Assembly (NCBI GenBank): GCA_023266055.1
Contig: JAHFRW010000009.1
Location: forward strand, 2,709-66,708
Direction: 5' to 3'
Source of the DNA: Gammaproteobacteria bacterium
GTDB taxonomy: Bacteria; Pseudomonadota; Gammaproteobacteria; Ga0077554; Ga007554
Length of the DNA: 64,000 nucleotides
Under the pieces are notes generated by a model. It saw only the letters and a list, made by a program, of their open reading frames with translations. It ran no database searches and was not told where the DNA came from. Of the stretch, positions 58,360 to 64,000 are shown piece by piece. The position numbers were made by a program, and so were the translations under genes. The number at the start of each line of letters is the position of its first letter. Within the stretch, counting starts at the first letter, position 1.

Positions 58360-59393
58360 TGGCGACCATGATGTATTGGGAAGCACTGCAACGTGCCCAT
58401 GATGAAGAGTTGGCGCGTGACCCCTTGGTGATCGTCATGGGCGAAGACATTGGCGTAGCAGGTGGCACATACAAGGCCACCAAGGGCCTGTACGACAAAT
58501 ACGGCCCCGAACGGATTATGGACACACCCATTTCCGAAAACGGTTTTACGGGCCTGGGCATCGGCGCGTCATTTATTGGCATACGGCCCATCATTGAATT
58601 GATGTCGGTCAACTTTGCCTGGCTGGCAATGGATCAGATCTTCAACTCCGCCGCCAAAGTACGCTACATGTCAGGCGGCCAGCTCACGGCACCGGTGGTG
58701 ATTCGCTCCCCGGGCGGCACCGCGCACCAGCTGGGTGCACAGCACTCGGCACGCATGGAAAAGGTATTCATGGGCGTCGCGGGCTTACGCGTCGTCACAC
58801 CATCCAATGCACGGCAAGCCTATGGCCTGCTGAAATCAGCCGTACGCTGCGATGACCCGGTGTTCATCTACGAACACGAGCTCATGTACAACATGAAGAG
58901 TGACGTACCCGACGGTGAATACTTTCATCCGCTGGAAGGCTCTGAAATTGCGCGCGCGGGCCGTGACATTACCTTGTTCGGCTATAACATTTCCGTGCAT
59001 TGGTGCCTGCAGGCCGCCGAGATTCTCGCCGCACAGCATGGCATTGACTGTGAAGTGGTAGACCTGTTCTCGCTGAGCCCGCTGGATCGTGCCGGTATCA
59101 AGGCATCCGTCAGCAAAACCCACCGCGCCCTGATTGCTGAAGAAGCTGAAGCCGCGGTGGGTGTTGGCTCGGAAGTCATGGCCATCATCAACGAAGAATG
59201 TTTCTTTGAACTGGATGCGGCACCGGTGCGTGTGTCTGCGAAAAACGTCCCCATCCCCTATAACCACACCCTGGAAAAAGCCGCCGTGCCAAGCTCGAAA
59301 GATATCGTGCACGCTGTGTTAAAGATGCTTGATCACTCCCAGCATCCTACCTCCCGCGACACCAGTACATCCCTGCACGTTGGAAAATCATAA
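58359..59393 (+). CDS. pdhB: Pyruvate/2-oxoacid dehydrogenase E1 component beta subunit
   Basis: Transketolase-like pyrimidine-binding and C-terminal domains; ATG overlaps the E1-alpha stop (TAATG). Confidence 0.9.
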   Translation: MATMMYWEALQRAHDEELARDPLVIVMGEDIGVAGGTYKATKGLYDKYGPERIMDTPISENGFTGLGIGASFIGIRPIIELMSVNFAWLAMDQIFNSAAKVRYMSGGQLTAPVVIRSPGGTAHQLGAQHSARMEKVFMGVAGLRVVTPSNARQAYGLLKSAVRCDDPVFIYEHELMYNMKSDVPDGEYFHPLEGSEIARAGRDITLFGYNISVHWCLQAAEILAAQHGIDCEVVDLFSLSPLDRAGIKASVSKTHRALIAEEAEAAVGVGSEVMAIINEECFFELDAAPVRVSAKNVPIPYNHTLEKAAVPSSKDIVHAVLKMLDHSQHPTSRDTSTSLHVGKS

Positions 59394-62300
59394 TGGCCGA
59401 ACCCTATGCAGTAAAGATGCCCCAGCTTTCCGACACCATGACCGAAGGCGTGATCGTCAGCTGGGAAAAAAAGATTGGCGATAAAATCGAGCGCGGCGAC
59501 ATTGTCGCTACCGTTGAAACCGACAAGGCCATTATGGACGTGGAAGTATTCCGCGACGGTTATTTGTCAGGCCCGCTGATTGCCCCGGACAACATCGTGC
59601 CGGTGGGTGGAGCCATGGCCTATATCGTTGCCAGCGCCGCTGATGTCGTCACCGGCACGGCCGCCGCATCGGCACCTCGTGCAACGCCGGTCGCCGCCGC
59701 ATCACCTGCCACACCGCAACCTGCCACCGCCACTGAACCGGCAGGCGCACTTCACACCATCAAGATGCCGCAGCTTTCCGACACCATGACCGAAGGCGTC
59801 ATGGTGAGCTGGAGCAAAAAACCGGGCGATAAAATCGAACGTGGCGACATTGTGGCACAGGTTGAAACCGACAAGGCCATCATGGATGTCGAAGTGTTCC
59901 GTGATGGTTATTTGTCTGGCCCGATGGCCGCTGTGGACAGCGTTGTCGCCGTAGGTGGTGCACTCGCGTATCTGGTAGAAAAATCGGAACAGGTCGTTAC
60001 CGAAACCAGCCTCACCAGCAGCACGCAACCCACACACCCTACCGCCAGCTCCACCGCGACAGGCACCACACCACCACTCACCTTGCATCATCACAACACC
60101 GGCACAGTGCACATGGATGCACAAGCGCCGTCATCACGGCCCGACAATAAACACGCCACACCTTACGCACGTAAACTGGCAGGCGCATTACACGTTAATC
60201 TCAACAACCTGCGCGGCAGCGGGCCTGCCGGTGTTATCGTTGGCCAGGATGTGTTGCACGCCCAACCCATCGACCGACCGACCGAAATCGCACGTCAGCC
60301 TGCGGCACATGCCATGCCGGAAATTCAGGTGCCCGGTCATGGTCGCGCCATGAATGCCATGGAGCGTGCGGTCAGCCACTCCATGACCGCCTCATTGACC
60401 ATGCCGACATTCCACGTGACTGTCAACGCCAAACCCGACACCTTAATCAAGGCATCAAAGAAAAAAGGCGTGTCACTCACCGTTGCCATCGCCAAGGCCT
60501 GCGCCCTGTCCATGAAAAAACACCCCACCCTCAACTGGGCCTACCAACCAGTGGATAAACTGGTGGAACGCAATGTGGTGGACATCGGCATGGCTGTCTC
60601 TGCCGAGGGCGGTGGATTGGTCGTACCGGTGCTGCGTCATTGCGAATCACGCAGTCTGGAAGAGCTGGATGCGTCGTGGAAAGATCTGGTCGCGCGCGCC
60701 CGCGTGCGTCGCCTCAAACCCGAAGAATATGCCAACCCAACCTTCATGGTATCCAACATGGGCATGCTGGGCGTGAGTTACTTTGACGCCATTCCCACAC
60801 CGGGCACGGCCGCGATTCTGGCCATTTCTTCGGCGGGCGCACAGGGCATGCCGCTCACCATCACGGCCGATCATCGGGTCGCCAACGGCGCCGAGGTTGC
60901 GATGTATCTCAATACCCTGAAGCAGCATATCGAAAACCCGGAGGAATGGATGGGGCCCACTGGACCGGCTATCCCCGAAGGCAAATGGGACTATGACGTC
61001 GTCGTGATCGGTGGCGGCCCGGGGGGCGAAGATTGCGCCCGCGAACTGGCCGAACACGGCATCAAGGTCGCCATGATCAACGACTCGCCGTTACCCGGCG
61101 GCGAATGCCTGTGGCGCGGCTGCATCCCTTCCAAAGCCTGGCGTGCCGCCGCTGACCGCATGCGCGACCGCGCCCACGACGCCCATCTGGGCGTGGAAGG
61201 CACCACCCAAGCCAAACTTAACTGGGATGCGCTGGAAAAAACCCGCCGCCATATCCTCGAAACCCGTGGCGAGATGGCGTTAAAAACGGATACCGGCGTG
61301 AAAATCAAGGTGATCCAGGGATTTGCCTGGTTTGAAAGCGACCACCGCATTTTTGTCGACACCTCCGGCAACAGCACAGATCCACATGCACGTGCCCTGT
61401 TAGGCGACTCCTCAAAAGGCGAACATATCAGCTTCGGCTGTGCCGTGATTGCCACGGGCGCCCCACCCTTTGTACCACCGATTCCAGGTGCAGATACCGG
61501 ACTGAAGAGTGGCGGCGTCCTGACCTCCGACACCGTCTGGAGCCTCGCCAAAACCCCCAAGCGCCTTGGCATCATTGGCGGTGGCGCCATTGGCCTGGAA
61601 ATGGCACAGATCTTTCAGGACTTCGGCACCGAAGTGGTGTTGCTGGAAGGTCGTGACCGCATCCTTGCCGAAGTCGAACCCGAGATCGCCAAAAATCTCA
61701 CCACCCTTCTGGGCAATGATCCGCGCCTGACCATCTACACCTCCGTCAAAATCCAGCAGATCAAGGGCAAGGCGGGTGACATGACCATCACCTATCACGA
61801 TACGCAGGGCGCCGCACAGACCTTTAACTGCGATTACGTGCTCATGGCGACCGGCAAGCGCCCCGCCCTCGCTCCGCTGAAACTGGAAGCCGCAGGCGTG
61901 GTCGTTGCGGATCACGTCATCAAGGCCGATACGCGTGGCCGTAGCAGCGTACCGCACATCTTCGCCGTGGGCGACGTGGTGGGCGGCTACATGCTGGCGC
62001 ATACCGCCGGCCAGCAGGGCCGTGTCGCGGCATCCACCATACTGGGTGAAGATGCAAAGTACGATCAGGACAAGGATTGCGGCGTGATCTTCACCCGCCC
62101 CCAGGCCGCGTTTGTCGGCCTGTCGGTGGATCAGGCCAAGGCACGCGGCATTGACGCCGCTGAAGTAAAAATGCCCATGAGCATCGACGCCAAGGCCATG
62201 ATCACCGCCGAAACTCAGGGCCTGATCAAAATCGTCGCCGACAAGGCCAGCCGCCGCATCATCGGCGTGCACTTCCTCGCCGACCATGCTGACACCCTGA

Positions 62301-62455
62301 TTGGCGAAGCCGTCATGATGGTCTCCGGCAACATGACCCTGTCGCAGGTGGCGCACGCCATTCACCCACACCCGACCCAGACCGAAATGTTTGGCGAAAT
62401 GGCACGGCGGCTGTTGTCACGGTTACGACGCAGCCAGAAAGTGGCGGGCAAATAG
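59393..62455 (+). CDS. Fused dihydrolipoamide acyltransferase (E2: two lipoyl domains, subunit-binding domain, catalytic domain) and dihydrolipoyl dehydrogenase (E3)
   Basis: Two lipoyl domains (ETDKAIMDV twice); catalytic DHRVANG. After ...ENPEEWM a 12-aa linker runs with no stop into a complete E3 (DYDVVVIGGGPGGE...GGECLWRGCIPSK...HAHPT). A GGAGGA precedes the internal in-frame ATG at 60948. Confidence 0.8.
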   Translation: MAEPYAVKMPQLSDTMTEGVIVSWEKKIGDKIERGDIVATVETDKAIMDVEVFRDGYLSGPLIAPDNIVPVGGAMAYIVASAADVVTGTAAASAPRATPVAAASPATPQPATATEPAGALHTIKMPQLSDTMTEGVMVSWSKKPGDKIERGDIVAQVETDKAIMDVEVFRDGYLSGPMAAVDSVVAVGGALAYLVEKSEQVVTETSLTSSTQPTHPTASSTATGTTPPLTLHHHNTGTVHMDAQAPSSRPDNKHATPYARKLAGALHVNLNNLRGSGPAGVIVGQDVLHAQPIDRPTEIARQPAAHAMPEIQVPGHGRAMNAMERAVSHSMTASLTMPTFHVTVNAKPDTLIKASKKKGVSLTVAIAKACALSMKKHPTLNWAYQPVDKLVERNVVDIGMAVSAEGGGLVVPVLRHCESRSLEELDASWKDLVARARVRRLKPEEYANPTFMVSNMGMLGVSYFDAIPTPGTAAILAISSAGAQGMPLTITADHRVANGAEVAMYLNTLKQHIENPEEWMGPTGPAIPEGKWDYDVVVIGGGPGGEDCARELAEHGIKVAMINDSPLPGGECLWRGCIPSKAWRAAADRMRDRAHDAHLGVEGTTQAKLNWDALEKTRRHILETRGEMALKTDTGVKIKVIQGFAWFESDHRIFVDTSGNSTDPHARALLGDSSKGEHISFGCAVIATGAPPFVPPIPGADTGLKSGGVLTSDTVWSLAKTPKRLGIIGGGAIGLEMAQIFQDFGTEVVLLEGRDRILAEVEPEIAKNLTTLLGNDPRLTIYTSVKIQQIKGKAGDMTITYHDTQGAAQTFNCDYVLMATGKRPALAPLKLEAAGVVVADHVIKADTRGRSSVPHIFAVGDVVGGYMLAHTAGQQGRVAASTILGEDAKYDQDKDCGVIFTRPQAAFVGLSVDQAKARGIDAAEVKMPMSIDAKAMITAETQGLIKIVADKASRRIIGVHFLADHADTLIGEAVMMVSGNMTLSQVAHAIHPHPTQTEMFGEMARRLLSRLRRSQKVAGK

Positions 62456-62460
62456 CAACC

Positions 62461-62490
62461 CCAGGTAGCGACAACACGCGTGTCGCTACC
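62461..62490 (+). terminator. 12-bp perfect-stem hairpin just after the E2-E3 stop
   Basis: caggtagcgaca-acacgcg-tgtcgctacctg; no T tract. Confidence 0.35.
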
Positions 62491-62598
62491 TGAGCACCGC
62501 TTGATGCAGCGCTGAAACTCAAGGTCTTCTGCCCGTATGCCGACATAAAACCGGACGCTCTGTTTTTCATGGGCCCGGCCAACTCATTGAGGTACCCC

Positions 62599-62823
62599 AT
62601 GCATGCACGTTGCTGTCCACGGATTCTTTTGTCCGTCCTGCTGGTCGCCTTGGCCACCGGCTGTGCCAGCACAGAAAAAAGATCAGAACCCGTTGACACC
62701 TTTATCAAAAACTCCCAGAAAGCCGGCACTACCCTCAAGGAAGGCGCGGCAACCGCCGTAGAACGCATTAAAGAAGGTGCGGCTTCAGCATCCGAAAGCA
62801 TCTCAAAAACATTGAAAAAATAA
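62599..62823 (+). CDS. Small lipoprotein (hypothetical)
   Basis: Lipobox LATGC; low-complexity A/K/E-rich mature part; 74 aa. Confidence 0.5.
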   Translation: MHARCCPRILLSVLLVALATGCASTEKRSEPVDTFIKNSQKAGTTLKEGAATAVERIKEGAASASESISKTLKK

Positions 62824-62932
62824 CCGCTGCTGGCCAGGGTTCATTAACCAGACCCCAATAATGTGATACCGTTCACATTATTCATGGTAAATATGCGGTA
62901 TAAAAGGGTTAGGAGCAAAACGGGAATCCGGT

Positions 62933-63553
62933 ATGAACATGAAGTCCATCACCTTGTTTGTCATGATGCTGACCAGCCTGTGGGCGGTGTCGGCACAGGC
63001 GGACCTTTATGCCTATACCGATGAGCACGGCATTCTGAACATCACCAACGTACCCAGCACCGATGCGCGCTACAAACTGCTGCGCAAGGAATCCAATGGC
63101 CGCATCTGGAAAAATTCCGTCAAAACATCAAGCTCGGGCACACGGCGCTCCTATAAAAAAACGGCCGGCCTTGACAGCATCGTGCAACAGGCCGCGCAAG
63201 CCAACAAGGTAGATGCCGCGCTGGTACACGCCGTCATCCACGTTGAATCCGGTTTTAATCCCCATGCAGTATCCCCCAAAGGCGCCTCCGGCCTGATGCA
63301 GCTCATGCCCGCAACGGCACGCCGCTATGGCGTGCAGGACATCTTCGACCCCGAAGAAAACATCGGTGCCGGTGTGCGTTACCTGAAAGACCTGCTGAAA
63401 ATGTTCAACAACAACCAGCGCCTTGCCCTGGCCGCGTACAATGCCGGCGAAAACTCCGTGCTGCGCTTCGGTGGCATTCCACCCTACCCCGAAACCACCC
63501 AATACGTCACCAAGGTATTAAGCATGCACACCCGCTACCGTAAAAGTGGTTAG
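62933..63553 (+). CDS. Lytic transglycosylase (SLT domain) with signal peptide
   Basis: ESGFNPHAVSPKGASGLMQLMP is the SLT active-site block; signal peptide ...SAQA/D. Confidence 0.8.
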   Translation: MNMKSITLFVMMLTSLWAVSAQADLYAYTDEHGILNITNVPSTDARYKLLRKESNGRIWKNSVKTSSSGTRRSYKKTAGLDSIVQQAAQANKVDAALVHAVIHVESGFNPHAVSPKGASGLMQLMPATARRYGVQDIFDPEENIGAGVRYLKDLLKMFNNNQRLALAAYNAGENSVLRFGGIPPYPETTQYVTKVLSMHTRYRKSG

Positions 63554-63555
63554 CA

Positions 63556-64000
63556 CTATACCTCATCCAACCCATAACTGACACTCACCACCTCGTACAT
63601 GACCGAACCCTGGGGCGTCTCCACCACCACCTCCTCGTCCACACCCTTTTTCAACAATGCACGCGCCAATGGTGAATCAACACTGATACAACCCTTATGT
63701 AAATCCAGCTCATCTGCACCGACAATGCGATACGCCACCTCCGTGCCCTGCACATCCGCCAGACGCACCCATGCACCGAAAAAAATACGCGACTGATCAT
63801 GCGGCGACTCGCGCACCACCTGCAGATCGGGCAAACGTTTTTGTAAATACCGCACACGCCGGTCAATCTCCCGCAACTCTTTTTTGCGATAAATATATTC
63901 CGCGTTCTCCGAACGATCCCCCTCTGCTGCTGCCGCTGACAACGCGGTTACAACCTCGGCACGCCTTTTCCATAACCCCGCCAGCTCATCCTGTAACCGC
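63556..64000 (-). CDS. greB: Transcription elongation factor GreB (3' part; N-terminus lies beyond the window end)
   Basis: [26 protein letters not shown]...FFGAWV...RIVG.DE...[10 protein letters not shown] matches the GreB coiled-coil and FKBP-like domains. The frame is open to the window end. Confidence 0.8.
   Translation of the reverse strand, partial: RLQDELAGLWKRRAEVVTALSAAAAEGDRSENAEYIYRKKELREIDRRVRYLQKRLPDLQVVRESPHDQSRIFFGAWVRLADVQGTEVAYRIVGADELDLHKGCISVDSPLARALLKKGVDEEVVVETPQGSVMYEVVSVSYGLDEV

Noticed and set aside
1-64000. tRNA, rRNA, CRISPR arrays, integrase or transposase genes
   Set aside because: No T-loop or anticodon-arm candidates, no rRNA-like conserved stretches, no short regularly spaced direct repeats, and no recombinase or transposase-like ORFs were seen.

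Overview
A 64 kb chromosomal segment, most consistent with a beta-proteobacterium (overall GC about 55-60%), dense with genes on both strands. No tRNA, rRNA, CRISPR array, transposase or integrase was recognisable.

Ordinary backbone genes include the start of prlC (3' end beyond the window edge), a YrdA-like hexapeptide protein, htpX, uvrD, a rhomboid protease, a PAS-GGDEF-EAL protein, two pseudouridine synthases, an acetolactate-synthase-like TPP enzyme, dsbA, engB, a class V aminotransferase, ald, recJ, an M17 aminopeptidase, a pdhA-pdhB-(E2-E3) operon, a lytic transglycosylase and the 3' part of greB.

The more interesting content is as follows.

1. A conserved but uncharacterised MoxR operon (RDD-RDD-SpoIIM-like-membrane-DUF4129-like-DUF4350-like-MoxR-DUF58).
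2. A four-gene envelope-glycolipid modification operon (UPF0104 flippase-like, PAP2 phosphatase, ArnC-like GT2, ArnT-like GT39) with no arnA/arnB.
3. A roughly 9 kb lower-GC island between a GNAT gene and piuC. It carries a Fur-box promoter driving hemP and a CDF exporter, a MarR-led plus-strand operon (secreted protein, CPxC thioredoxin-like, decayed TlpA-like remnant, MOSC), and a convergent minus-strand operon (frameshifted secreted beta-propeller, AurF-like diiron oxygenase, class I glutamine amidotransferase). The minus-strand operon is preceded by a duplicated copy of the same promoter module and a long GC-rich leader.
4. An iron-uptake block (piuC, a TonB-dependent receptor, exbD, exbB, tonB). 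Its 5'/3' regions hold three copies of a structured repeat of about 130-155 bp; a fourth copy sits upstream of the ArnC-like gene.
5. Two tandem copies of a three-hairpin element of about 110 nt between engB and a VOC gene. The stems show compensatory changes, and each copy ends in a minus-strand intrinsic terminator.
6. A kup potassium-transporter gene reduced to three short fragments.
7. A continuous 1020-aa E2-E3 (dihydrolipoamide acetyltransferase + dihydrolipoyl dehydrogenase) fusion ORF.

Product names for DUF-type proteins rest on recalled family features and operon context, not on database searches.
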